From assembly GCF_000143415.4 (NCBI RefSeq), contig NW_003314348.1, positions 501,593 through 559,556 on the forward strand: DNA of 57,964 bases, in the 5' to 3' direction. The notes beneath the pieces are model-generated. The model made no database searches. It worked only from the letters and a program-made list of their open reading frames with translations, and was not told where the DNA came from. Source of the stretch: Selaginella moellendorffii (lineage: Eukaryota; Plantae; Lycopodiophyta). Of this stretch, positions 25,788 through 36,920 are shown piece after piece. Positions within the stretch are counted from its first letter, which is position 1. Each line of letters opens with the position of its first letter. The position numbers were made by a program, and so were the translations under genes.

Positions 25788-26932
25788 TTAATACCTCACA
25801 GTCTCAATGGCTGCTTTGCCATCTAGTTTTGAAGCGTAGAACGATTGAAGGTAATTTCCATAGACGCTTTCTTTGAAGCAAGCAGGCGCTTCGTCAGTGA
25901 CCAGCTGCGCCACCGGAGCAATGTGACTATCTTCTGCTGGCCCATAGAATGAAGCAATGGAGACTCGAGTTCGCTCCGAGTTGACAACTGCTCGGTGCTC
26001 CACACTCTTGTACGCGTCATTGGAAAGAATCTGAATAACACACAATCAAAACCTGGAAATCTCATGCATGCACGACGATGACGATCGGAAGAAAGCTTAC
26101 CTGAAGTTGATCTCCAATGTTGACAACAAAGGCGCCAGGCAGAGGTTTGATCGGCACCCACGCTCCACAGTGTAGAATCTGGAGGCCATCGTTCACACTG
26201 GTGTCCTGCTGGAGTATAGTGAAACCGTTTGGATCCGAGTGAGCGTCCAGTCCGATTGTAAGCTCCGGCTCCGGACAAGGTGGATAGTAGTTCATCCTCA
26301 TCACATGCCTCTCCCCTCCAAAAGCTTCCTCCAGAGCACCACTTTCCAGTCCCAGTGACTCCGAGAACAATCCAAGCACTCTTTTCGCTAACCGGTTCAT
26401 GGCTTCTGCGTAAGCGGTCGAGATCCTCACGTAGGATGGAGGCTTAGTCGGGAGCTGGGCGATCTCGCAGGGAGGATAGCACGCCTGGTGGAGATAGTCT
26501 TGCCACATTCGTCGCGTCTCGAAACTCGTCCCCATCCGAAACTTTGAGGAGCTATCCTCGGAGTAGTACACGGACCTATCCTCGATGGGAAGGCGGAAGA
26601 AGTCGTGGACGAGCTCCATCATGCTCGCCATGAGTTGTTCTGGAAATCCATGGCCGATAATCTGCAAGAACGAAGTGGAATTTCAATCAATGGTGAGCGA
26701 TCTCGTGTACCTGGAAGAAGCCCCAGTCTCTAGACGCGCTCCGGATGGAGTCAATCGCCAATATCCGAGCAGGGGAGCACTTCTCCACATCGGACAAATC
26801 GATCACAGGAATTTCTTCGATCTCCACGCACTGCCGTGGATCTGAATCCCTGCGGTACTCACCGGGCACCATGGCGATCCCAGCATCCGCCAGTCCCTTC
26901 ACTCCAGCGATCCTAGACGCCACTGCCGCCAT
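25788..26932 (-). CDS. 2-oxoglutarate/Fe(II)-dependent dioxygenase (DOXC class; DMR6/FNS/F3H-like), 3 exons
   Basis: IPVIDLS, WGFFQ|IIGHG, MNYYPPCPEP, HSD, NIGDQLQ|ILSNDAYKSVEHR, RVS (HxD...H and RxS motifs). Confidence 0.92.
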
Positions 26933-26953
26933 TCGTGAATCTCGAGCCAGTGA

Positions 26954-29110
26954 TCACCTAATAGACACGGAAGCCGTCCAAGAAATATTATCCGGGGAGA
27001 AGGGCATGGCGAGGAGGAGCTCTTTGGCTTGATTCGATCGCCCCGCGCGACCCAGAAGATCTATCAGGCACCCGTAGTGCTCGGCTCCCGGATCCACGCC
27101 AAAATCCTGCCGCATCGATGTGAAGCAGCTCCATCCGGTGTCGAGAAGCCCTCCATGGCTGCATGCGAAGAGAATCCCTGCGAATGCGTAGGAATCCGGG
27201 GCCAGGCCTTCTTGGACCATCTCCAAGAACAGCTCCACGGCCTCGTTGCTGCTCCCTTGCTGCGCAGTGGCAGCGATCGCGATCGTCCACGACACTGCGG
27301 AGCGGTTCTTCAGACCCAGGAAGACGCGCTTGGCCTCGCCTGGGCTGCCGCACCGCACAAACATGCTCATCACGCTGTTCATCACCACTGCGTCGCTGCT
27401 CCACTCGCTCGCGACGATTCGCGAGTGAAGATCCCTGCCCTGGACGATCCATCCCAGTCCCGCGCAAGCGTGGAGAGCGTTCACGTATGTCACATTGTCT
27501 GGACGCACGGACGAGTCTTTCTTAACCATACAATCGTACAAGTCAAGGGCTTCTGTGAAATACCCGTTTTGGGTAAATGCTGCAATAGTAGCGTTCCAAG
27601 TTATCACATTTTTCTCTTTTAATGAATCAAAAACTTTCTTTGCATCGATTGCTTGCTGGCATTTCGCGTACATGTTGATCAACGCATTACCCACTCCAGT
27701 CTCGAGAAATCGATGAGACAAGCTGGCAAACCTCGCAATGATCTCGGCATGGATTTGTTTGCCATCTTGCAGGGATCCTAGCAATGCACAAGCACCGAGG
27801 GCGCTCATGAAACTGCTCGAATTCCTTTGAACGTCCATCTTCTTGTAGAGATCGATCGCCTCTCTGCAATGCCCGGTCTGGGCAAGCGCAGAGATCATAG
27901 CGTTCCAAGTCACAACATCGCGTACGTGCATTTGATTAAAAACACGCTTTGCTTCCTTGATTCTGCCACACTTTCCATACATGTTGACGATAGAGGTTCC
28001 AGCGACAACATTACGCTCCCAGCCACACGAGCAAATACGCTCGTGGATCTTTATACCCTGTGCTATATCCTGCTTCCAAGAACACACTGCCAGGATCTCA
28101 ATCAGCGTCACCATATCCGGCCTGATCCCTTCCAGATCCAACTTCCACAGCAGCGCAATCGCAGCTCCAAACTGCCCATTATGGGCATTTGCGGCAATCG
28201 CAGTGTTCCAGGCCGCCAGCTTTTTCTCCTCCATCCTATCAAACACTTCCATTGCCAGATCCAAGCGGCCAAGCTTCCCGTACATGTTGACAATCGCAGC
28301 AGCGACATCCGGATGCGCGTCAAATCCCGATTCGAGAATGTGCCCGTGGATCACTTTGCCCTCCTCCAAGGATCCCAACTTGGCGGCGGCATCAAGAACG
28401 CTGATGAAAACGTACTCGTCCGCGCCAATGCCGGCATCCCGGAGCTGGCGATAGAGCTCGATCGCAGCGGGAAGCCCGCCCTGATCGGGATTTCTGGTGC
28501 AAGCAGCCAGCATCGCACTCCAGGCGACTATCGTCTTGCGCGGCATGTCATCGAAGACCTTCCGCGCGTCGGCCAGGCTGCCGCATTTCCCATACATGGT
28601 TACGAGGGCGCAGCACACGACTGGATTGCTCGCGATCGCGGTTGGCGCGGCGACGATCTGGGCGTGGATCCGGATGCCCAACTGGAGATCGCGGCAATTG
28701 GCGCAGGCGCCGAGCGCGGCGACGAACGAGACGTGGGTGGGGCGGACGACTGAATCGCTGGCGAGGGCGAGGAAGAGATGAATCGCTCGCGCGCTCTCGC
28801 CGTTTGCGCAGAGCGCCGAGATCATGATGTTCCAGGAGAAGGCGTTCTTGTGGACAAGATCGTGGAAGACGGACCATGCGTCCGGGAGGCTGGAGCACTT
28901 GCCATACATGAGGATGAGGAGATTGCTGAATAAGGGGTGGTGGCGTAGGTCGAGGGTGGCGGCCAGGCGGCGGTGCAAGAGCTTCCCTCGCGGGAGGGAC
29001 TTGGAATCACCACATTGGCGCAGAAGAGTCGCGATTTGGCGATGGCCGAGCGTGGAGATGCCTGAAAGAGGCACCGCGACCACTCCTCTTGCTACTTCGC
29101 TGGATGTCAT
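26954..29110 (-). CDS. PLS-class pentatricopeptide repeat protein truncated at the start of the E domain
   Basis: 718 aa intronless ORF with PLS repeats. Ends ACSHGG...HYGCLIDLLGRAG...MPFSPDNISWTASVSIR*. Confidence 0.9.
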   Translation of the reverse strand: MTSSEVARGVVAVPLSGISTLGHRQIATLLRQCGDSKSLPRGKLLHRRLAATLDLRHHPLFSNLLILMYGKCSSLPDAWSVFHDLVHKNAFSWNIMISALCANGESARAIHLFLALASDSVVRPTHVSFVAALGACANCRDLQLGIRIHAQIVAAPTAIASNPVVCCALVTMYGKCGSLADARKVFDDMPRKTIVAWSAMLAACTRNPDQGGLPAAIELYRQLRDAGIGADEYVFISVLDAAAKLGSLEEGKVIHGHILESGFDAHPDVAAAIVNMYGKLGRLDLAMEVFDRMEEKKLAAWNTAIAANAHNGQFGAAIALLWKLDLEGIRPDMVTLIEILAVCSWKQDIAQGIKIHERICSCGWERNVVAGTSIVNMYGKCGRIKEAKRVFNQMHVRDVVTWNAMISALAQTGHCREAIDLYKKMDVQRNSSSFMSALGACALLGSLQDGKQIHAEIIARFASLSHRFLETGVGNALINMYAKCQQAIDAKKVFDSLKEKNVITWNATIAAFTQNGYFTEALDLYDCMVKKDSSVRPDNVTYVNALHACAGLGWIVQGRDLHSRIVASEWSSDAVVMNSVMSMFVRCGSPGEAKRVFLGLKNRSAVSWTIAIAATAQQGSSNEAVELFLEMVQEGLAPDSYAFAGILFACSHGGLLDTGWSCFTSMRQDFGVDPGAEHYGCLIDLLGRAGRSNQAKELLLAMPFSPDNISWTASVSIR

Positions 29111-29116
29111 GGCAAA

Positions 29117-29118
<2 letters not shown>

Positions 29119-29161
<43 letters not shown>
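29119..29161. repeat. (CT)n/(GA)n microsatellite immediately upstream of the PPR start codon
   Basis: About 21 perfect CT units starting 8 bp from the ATG at 29110. Confidence 0.95.
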
Positions 29162-29164
<3 letters not shown>

Positions 29165-30899
29165 CTAAACATGATCCTGTGAAAAGCTTCATACGGATCA
29201 TCACATTTTTTGTCAATTGCTTCACAGAGGCACAAAACAACAGACATAAAGGGACTCAGAAGCAAGCACTGTCTTCTAAGCATCTTGTTCCCCGGCATCA
29301 AATGTTGGATGAGTGATGTCCTTTTCGAAGTCTCGCTTGTTGTTTGAGGTTGGCAGGTGCTCCTATTGGCGTTCATGGGGTGTTGCAAAGCTGTGGGCTC
29401 TCAGTGTAAACGGGACCTTCCTTGGCAGCATCCCCATCCTCCGGCATTAGGTGATCCAGTGTGGCTGTGAGGTTTGGGCTTATTGTGCCCTGTTGAAAAG
29501 TTTGCCAAAGACCTTTTACATATCCAAATTCTGGTTGGAAGTGATCCAGATGATCTTCTACGTCATATGTACTCCTTGCATGTCCAAAAAGATCTTGTTC
29601 CAAAGATCTCAGTCTGCATTGACATGTACCAAATCACAGTGGTTGAAGTTGGGTGTGATTTTTTCATGGTCATTGTGTACTCTTGACCACTTAAAAGCGT
29701 GTAGAAAATGTAAGTGAGCAAAGCACAGTGGAATCCTAGCACTATTAATCCCCACTTATAAATGAATGGAATTACTTTTTGGGATGTCCATAACCAATTT
29801 AGATTCCTTTTTTTTTCTTGTTAATTTGAATATGTTTATTTTGATACTGGCAAGAGGAAAACTAACATATTACTATTGTAATTCTTGAAGTGTATGGATA
29901 AAGCTTATAATTAACAAAAATGTTACAAGAAAATTATACTTTCTTACCACTTCATAACCTTCTTCATTGGGCTTCTTCTCCTTTTTAACAACAACAAACC
30001 CCAAGGATGCCAACAACTAGTGCTTTTATATGATTTCCCAGGGTGTGGGAGATATATATATAAAGGAATTGAGCTTCTAGACTAGTGAGATCTACTTTCT
30101 TTCAATATGCTCTACATATAAATAATTATTCTAGATTTATATACTCTAGTTGGGGTTTATTGTGTTGAACTTTATGAAGGAAAAAACAGTAGGAAAAAAA
30201 AGAAGCTAAAAGAGGTACTCTTTGTCCAATTTGCATTAAGTATGTGTGTGATACTCTTTGTCCAATCTGCGTCAAGAAGTGTGTACGATCAAGATGCAAA
30301 TACTTCAAAAAGGAAAGAGACCATGATTTTCAACCATTACTGAAGTTTTTCATATGAAGGACCATAGAGGATACAAATTTCATAAAATGGACTTTTTATA
30401 ATGAAAAAGAAGAGGTGTAATTTTATTTTAGTGTGGTATTCATTTTCTTTCCTAGCAATTTGAGATGTTTTGTAACATAAATTAGGGAGGAGTAAATAAA
30501 TCAGCATTACAACATAATGTGGTAAGCAAATCACAACTTGAAGTCTTGTTCTTCATGTAGTGTAGATTGCAATTATAAATCTAAGCATTGTAGAGCAATA
30601 TTAGGGCTAATCATGAGTTTTGACAAAACAAAGGCTAATCAGGACTGATTGCAAGGAAGAAGAAGACTGTAATCACAAGGTATGCGTAATTTAGATTTTG
30701 AAATTAATACTTCATTGATGCATTCACAGTAGGAGACAAAGTCTTACAAGGCTGCATTTATCAGATTCAGTAATACATAAGAGTTAGTACTTACAATATG
30801 AAATACATATAGAGATCAATCCAAAGAGGCTGGAACTTTGCACAGTGCATGGTTGTTGCATCAAGCTGCCAAACAAATCTCAAAGGAGGAACATCTCCC

Positions 30900-31170
30900 A
30901 TCATTGATGGGAATGCTCCAAGGCAGCCCAATGTTGTGATATTTGAATATGCAACACTGCAAGGTCTTGATCCTCATCCAAACATACCAACTGTTTCACT
31001 CGTTGTGTAATGGAAGTGACTGACATTGATGTAGATGGATCAGCTTCCTCTATGTTGGCAAGCACAGCTCAATCAGCAACACTGCCTCAAGGCCATATAT
31101 GAAATGAAAGTGTGTAAAAGCTGTTTGCAGCTTCTCTGTTGTTTGATATGACCAAACAGCATGAGGCAAG
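30900..31170 (-). mobile_element. Ty3/gypsy integrase C-terminal relic
   Basis: Minus-strand translation PHAVWSYQTTEKLQTAFTHFHFIYGLEAVLLIELCLPT*...RVKQLVCLDEDQDLA resembles LWAYRTT...TPFxLVYGxEAVLPIE. Contains stops. Confidence 0.7.
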
Positions 31171-31289
31171 AACGATGGCCAGGTATTTCGAAAAGTTCAT
31201 CCTCGAGGAAATCCTTTGCTACCCTCTAAGCGAATACCACTTCAACTTGAGCAACATCCATTCCAAGACCCAGTTATTGAATATATAGC

Positions 31290-31773
31290 AATTACCTTGT
31301 TGTGGAATCTCAACACGCTGAACTCCATGTCCGGTCTGCTGCCACTCTTCTTGGCCCCGCTCATCCACCTCGGCTTCACGGGGCCGATCCCTTCGCTGCC
31401 AGGAACTCTGGAGTATCTATCGCTGGCCAAGAACTGCCTCACTGGGACAATGGCCACCCTGCAGCGCCCGGCGCTTCTCGACCTGAGGCTCACCAGAGAT
31501 TTTCAGCTTCCGGAACGGCAACCTCCTCCTCCAGCAGAACCAGTTCTCGGGGCCGGTCCAGGTTCTGGTGTCCCTGAGGCATGCAACACGTCTTTCACAG
31601 GCATCCCAGCAATGGTCAGGGTGGTACCGCAGGAGTTTGTGGACGCCATCCAGCACAACTACATCCCAAACATCAACCCGCTGCCAACGACATGCACATT
31701 TTGCATCCAGTACAATTGCCTCAGCCCGCCGCAGCAGTCGTCGACGTCGGGAGACAAGCATCCAGGCCGATGA
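31290..31773 (+). pseudogene. Internally deleted extracellular LRR gene fragment
   Basis: NSMSGLLP, FTGPIPSLPGTLEYLSLAKNCLTG, LLDL, VPQEFVD, FCIQYNCLSPP. LRR units are broken by deletions and there is no convincing start. Confidence 0.6.
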
Positions 31774-32774
31774 TCCAGTCTATAGTTTACGTTAGAAACA
31801 GGCTATTTTTATAAAGTATAGAATAGAGTCAATAAATACCTGGAATTAAATTAAGAAGCCCTATTCTTGTTTAAGGTTTTTGTCAGAGGATGCCTGCTTG
31901 TATTTGTTCGCCCACGACCCACAAGGGATCTTTCCGGTGCAAGTTACATCGCCAGTATGACACTACATGGATTAGGCAGAGTACCAGTGACAACACAAGG
32001 GACATCAAGGTGGACAACAAGAATGGCGCTGCCAGTCTCAAAGGGTCAACCAAGGAGTTTCAATCGTGAATAATTTGCTATTTGGTAAACTTTGTTAATG
32101 AGTTTCCTGTCCAGAGTTTTGGACAATAAAACATTTTGGTTTTATCAATTATAATTATACTTTTGTCCTTTTTTTTTAGATCATAAATCCCTTTTCTTTC
32201 TCCCTTTGTGACAAGCGACTGCTGTTATCTCGGCGATCGAGGATATTTCGAGAGAAGAGGTTAAAAGAAGAGTAGAGCAAAAGAGTTGGATTCCTTGACT
32301 GACCAGATTTCCGTGTCCAACAGAGCAAAATCCATTGACTCCGTCAACGATGACGAGCCCAATTTGTTGGTCCTTCGTGCAGGATAAATGATACGTCTAC
32401 CTTTGAGTCTGACTGAGATTTGCAGGATCTCGCGCACCATATGGGATTTTATTTCGCCGCCGCGCGCGGCGAAGATCATTGACAGCGTCCCCACCCAAAT
32501 GACCGCAAAGGAACGTTGGAACGCTTTTTTCCTCCTCAAGAAATCTGTAGGAAATTTGTCCAGCGCCGGGAAATCTATCTTCTTCTAAATATGTGGTCCT
32601 ATTCCCTTTAACTTAAATTTATTGTATTTTGTGGGTATTTCTCAGATATCTATCTAGGCTGTGTCAGTAAGTTTATCTTTATGACAAAAGCGATTGTTGG
32701 CAGCTACTGTTGCTCTGATGAGCAAGCGACGCACGAACTGAATTCCTTATAATTGAAATTTAAACACAGTTTGT

Positions 32775-32975
32775 ATGGCAAAGACCAATGCCGACGTGCT
32801 CAAGGAGATGCAACCAGAGCACGCCAAAGTTCTTCGCTGGTCACTGGATCCCCGACTTGGCAGCCAGGGAGCTAGTCCTTGGCAACGTTGTAGAGCTCAG
32901 AGTTGGCGACAAGGTACCAGCGGACATGAGGATCGCAGTTCTAAGGACTTCGACTCTTAAAGTGGAGCAAAGCTC
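32775..32975 (+). pseudogene. Fragment of an ER-type Ca2+ P-type ATPase (ECA/SERCA actuator domain)
   Basis: [13 protein letters not shown], then frameshift, then [40 protein letters not shown]. Nothing else of the gene is present. Confidence 0.8.
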
Positions 32976-33054
32976 GGCGATCAAGAGCACACGTTTGTAA
33001 TCATGGTAGAGAAAAGTACCAAGGTTTTCTCGAAAACCAAGAGCAAAAAGAGAA

Positions 33055-33936
33055 TCAATAGGACCCCCTGAGCGAGTGCCACTTCAACTTGAGCAACATC
33101 CACAGCGGCGACACCCCGCAAACCCCCCGCCGCAACCTGGGATCAAACGGATCAAAGCCCGACCTCATGAGCGTCGCTAGAAACTCGTCCGTGGCAACCG
33201 CCGGCAGCATCACCGGCGAGGCCTCCCTGGGCACGTCCTTGGCCAGCGCCCGAGCCTTCTCCAGATGCGCGTGAGCCACCGACGCCACCTCAAACACCGC
33301 GCGCGCAACGCCCTCGTCCCCGCGCACCCCCCGATACAAATCCTCCTGCGACACACCGTGCTTCACCGCCACCTCCACCGGGATGTAGCAAACCCGCTTG
33401 GAGCTGTGGTGCGCGGTGGCCTCGAGCAGCAGCGAGATCCCCGCGGCCTTGCCCGTGTGCGAGGCCGCGTGATCCGCCTTGGTGCTCCTCACCCCGGCGG
33501 CCTCGAGCGTGAGGTAGAGCAGCGCCGACGCGGTGCTCTCGGCGTAGCGCTCGATCTCCCCGACGTCCCTGGGCGGCGCCGAGAGCTCCGCGTCGGCGAC
33601 CCTGGCGTCGATGATCCGCGAGAACCAGTGCTTGCTCAGCCGGCGCTCGCGGTTGACATGATCCAGCATGGAGAGCACCGGGTGCTCGGGCGTGGCCGCG
33701 GCGCGCGAGAAGAGCTTGTCGATGGAGTCCTTCCACCAGGCGAGGCGCAGCGTGGCGAGGCTGGGGTCGCGGGCGGTGTCCTTGGCGGTGGCCGTCTCCA
33801 CGTTGAATGCGCGCAGCGCGAAGGCCGCATCGCGGAGGCCACCAGATCGCGGGAGCTGGAGCAAGCACAGGTAGTTCTTGTAGTCATACCGCCGGACCTG
33901 GTTCACGCAGTAGTTGAGCGCGCTCGCCCTGCTCAT
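33055..33936 (-). CDS. NDUFAF6: NADH dehydrogenase complex I assembly factor 6-like (squalene/phytoene synthase fold)
   Basis: YCVNQVRRYDY, AFALRAFNVETA, LRLAWW, ERYAESTASALLYL, HAASHTGKA. Intronless and GC-rich. Confidence 0.88.
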   Translation of the reverse strand: MSRASALNYCVNQVRRYDYKNYLCLLQLPRSGGLRDAAFALRAFNVETATAKDTARDPSLATLRLAWWKDSIDKLFSRAAATPEHPVLSMLDHVNRERRLSKHWFSRIIDARVADAELSAPPRDVGEIERYAESTASALLYLTLEAAGVRSTKADHAASHTGKAAGISLLLEATAHHSSKRVCYIPVEVAVKHGVSQEDLYRGVRGDEGVARAVFEVASVAHAHLEKARALAKDVPREASPVMLPAVATDEFLATLMRSGFDPFDPRLRRGVCGVSPLWMLLKLKWHSLRGSY

Positions 33937-34244
33937 TGATTTGTGTCACAAATCTCTCTCGATTCTAGAGCTAGCCTACCTCAGAGCTTGGAATCCCTCT
34001 CCTTCTCCTTTGTGACTTATTAGCCCAAGAACCCTAAAAGGCCCACGAACCCTAAATATCATCCTAAAAGCCTAGATAGCATTCCATTCCAATAAAGTAC
34101 AACATTACGTCGAGAGGCCCATAACACGGGGAAAGAAGGAAGAGAGCGAGCGAGAGAGGCGAAGATATTGGACGAGAGATGAAAGAGAAACAAGGAGAGC
34201 GCGAGAATGCTGGCTGGGATCGCTCCTTGCCCTCTCCATTTTTT

Positions 34245-35907
34245 TCATTTACCATACGCGGATGGCCGCGGGGATCGCTGCTGGTACGTGGCTATCTGCG
34301 CCGGCCTCGCGTTGCCGTTGCCATTCCTGTGCTGGTGGTGGCTCCCGTTTTGCTGCACGAACTGCGGGTGGTATCTAAAGTTTGCGGCGGCGGAGCTCGA
34401 GTGATGGTTGTAGGACGAGCTGCCCATGTCTTTCGGGTTCTGGAGCGGCTCCAGAGCCACCACCACCTCGCTCATCAGCGGCCTGCTCTTGGGGTCCCGG
34501 CTGATGCACTGGTGCGCCAGCATCGCCGCCTTCTGCAAGCCTTTGATCGAGTAGTGCCCCTCGAGGCGGGGGTCGATGAGCCGGAACAGCTTCCTCTTCT
34601 CGCTCAGGAACGGTCTGGCCCATTCCACCAGGTTGTGCTCGCCGCTCGGCCGGTTCTTGTCCATGGATCGTCGCCCCGTCAGGATCTCCAGCAAAACAAC
34701 GCCAAAGCTATATACATCGCTCCTAGGTGTCAAGTGACCTGCAAAGCCGGAAAGGCATGAGTCGCAAGCTCTCACTCTCGCAAGATCGTCGAAACGGCTG
34801 AAGAAACGAAAGACAGCTTCACTCGAGCAAGAACGAGAAGAAAAAGTACCTGTCATTACGTATTCTGGAGCTGCATAGCCATAAGTCCCCATTACGCGCG
34901 TCGAAACGTGCGTTTTGTCACCTTCCGGACCATCCTTTGCCAAACCGAAATCCGACAGTTTGGCAGTGTATTCCTGGAGAATAAGTCGTGTAAACTAAAC
35001 CGGAAAATCCTATCACAGCGGCAGCACACGTACATGGTCCAGAAGAATGTTGGATGTCTTGAAATCTCGATAAATAACTGGCCTGGAAGCGCCCTCGTGA
35101 AGAAACGCTAGACCCTTTGCAGCCCCGAGCGCGATCTTCATCCTGGTGGCCCACGGAAGCGGCAATGCGGCACCTACAAGAAAGAGATCACGAACTGGTT
35201 GGATGAGCACGAAAGAAAACTGACAAGCTTACGTCTAAACAGATGATTCTCGAGGCTTCCGCGAGGCATGAACTCGTAAACAAGGAGCCGCTGATCATCC
35301 TCGGCGCAGTAGCCAATCAACCGGACGAGATTCGGGTGATGGAGCTGCCCAAGAAAATTCACCTCTGCCTGCAAAAGAACATTTTTTTTCTCCTGTTGGA
35401 GTTAAATATCATCCAAGTTCTTACCAGCCACTCTCTGTGTCCTTGCAAACCCTCGGGATTGAGCTGCTTCACCGCTACAACTAGTCCTGTTCCAGGCTTG
35501 ACAGCTCCTGTCCCATTCTCATCTATCCATCCCTTGAAAACACTTCCAAATCCCCCTTCACCCAGCAGACTGTCGGGTCGGAAGTTCCGTGTGGCGGATC
35601 TCAGATCGGTGAAGCTAAAAATTCGAAGATGAGCCCCTTGCCTGACTTCGTTGGAACCTGGATTGGAGGGGTCACTCACTGACCCATTGGCGGACAAGGA
35701 CCCCTTCTCGGATGCCTGGCTAGGCTCTGTGGCTGGCTCGACTTGACCTGTTCGAAGTCACAAAGCTTTTAAGCGAGCGAGAGGGAAAAAGGAAAAAGGT
35801 AAAACGAAACAAACCGAGCTTGCGCTTGAATTTCGGGAAAACTCACCAGAATTCCTGGCGTTGCCGTGTGAAGAAACCAAGCTAGTTCCACTCCAGCAGT
35901 TTCCCAT
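34245..35907 (-). CDS. Receptor-like cytoplasmic kinase subfamily VII (PBL-like)
   Basis: MGNCW acylation motif, [66 protein letters not shown]. Confidence 0.93.
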
Positions 35908-36319
35908 GAAGAACGAGCTCAAGCATGTACACATATCCCCTCTCTAGTCCATTCCCACCGCATTTACCACTGATCGCTTCTCGGAAACCCCTCTCGCAAT
36001 CGGCTGGCCGCCAGGAACGAGCTCTGCCGCCGCCGCCGCTGCTGCCACAGCACAAACCAAACCTAGAGCTAGAATCATAGCTGCTGGCGCGCCATAGGCG
36101 ACGAAACCACTCACACTCATCGATGCCGCTGGCCGATGCCGCGCTGCGCCTAGACCTTGCCCCCGCGCATCAAAACCCTAAGCGCCAGTGCCAGTGTAGC
36201 GCCCGAGTGACGCCCCTGTGTGCGTGTGAGTGTGTGCGAGTATGAGAGAGTGTGAGAGTACACAAAGGGTAAGGGTATCTGGGCGTAAGCCTCGGTGTAA
36301 ACAGACACTCCAGCCGCCC

Positions 36320-36367
36320 TGTCCTTAAGCGACACGAGGTCGCCGGCTCAATTCCAGCCAATCTACC
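36320..36367 (+). other. Partial tRNA-like sequence (anticodon arm, variable loop and T arm only); tRNA pseudogene or SINE remnant
   Basis: TGTC-CTTAAGC-GACA stem-loop, GAGGTC, GCCGG-CTCAATT-CCAGC (degenerate B box). No D arm or acceptor pairing found. Confidence 0.4.
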
Positions 36368-36920
36368 GGCTAGAAAAAATAGGTCTGCGTTTCGATTCTC
36401 TTCCCCGTGCGTTGGCTATGGCGAGCTCGGGCCCTCCGTATCCATGGGAGCCTCCCACGAACATCCCCATCCATGGCCCAAGCCCTAAGCGCTGGCAAGT
36501 TCTAACGGGGCGCTACATGTGTGCGGTGATGTGGTGAGTCTCTCTAGTGTGATCGATCTATGGGAAAAATTTTATTTTGGCTCCCCAGGTTTTGGATCTT
36601 CTATCGATTCAAAGAAGACGGCGATGTGCTGCTGGTAAGCTCTCTAGAGACTAGATTTTCACCTCTGAGATCTCTCTCTTTTCTCTCTCGTTCAGGGATT
36701 TCGTCACAAATGGGAACCCAGAGTAAGCGAAGCTACATTGAAACAATCTTTACATTTTCTGTTCTATAGGGAGGAGGTGGTCATCACTGATCTAAACTTG
36801 GGCGGAATAAGCAGTGATCTTTCTAGTTTGTACCTTTTGATGCTCTGGAATTTCAAAAGCTTTCCAATTGCCAGGAGAACAAACATCCGAGGGTTTAATA
36901 AAAGATCTCGGGAACTTTGT

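Noticed and set aside
30217-30290. Two-copy ~36 bp tandem duplication, plus small intronic duplications at ~9217 and ~10978
   Set aside because: Ordinary slippage duplications with no further structure.
33055-33936. Phytoene synthase or biosynthetic cluster with the 2OGD
   Set aside because: Motifs fit NDUFAF6 and lack DDxxD, and the neighbours are functionally unrelated housekeeping genes.
33265-33939. Long antisense and alternative-frame ORFs over NDUFAF6, also over the PPR, PLP and BPA1 genes
   Set aside because: Expected shadow ORFs of GC-rich coding sequence, with no motifs.
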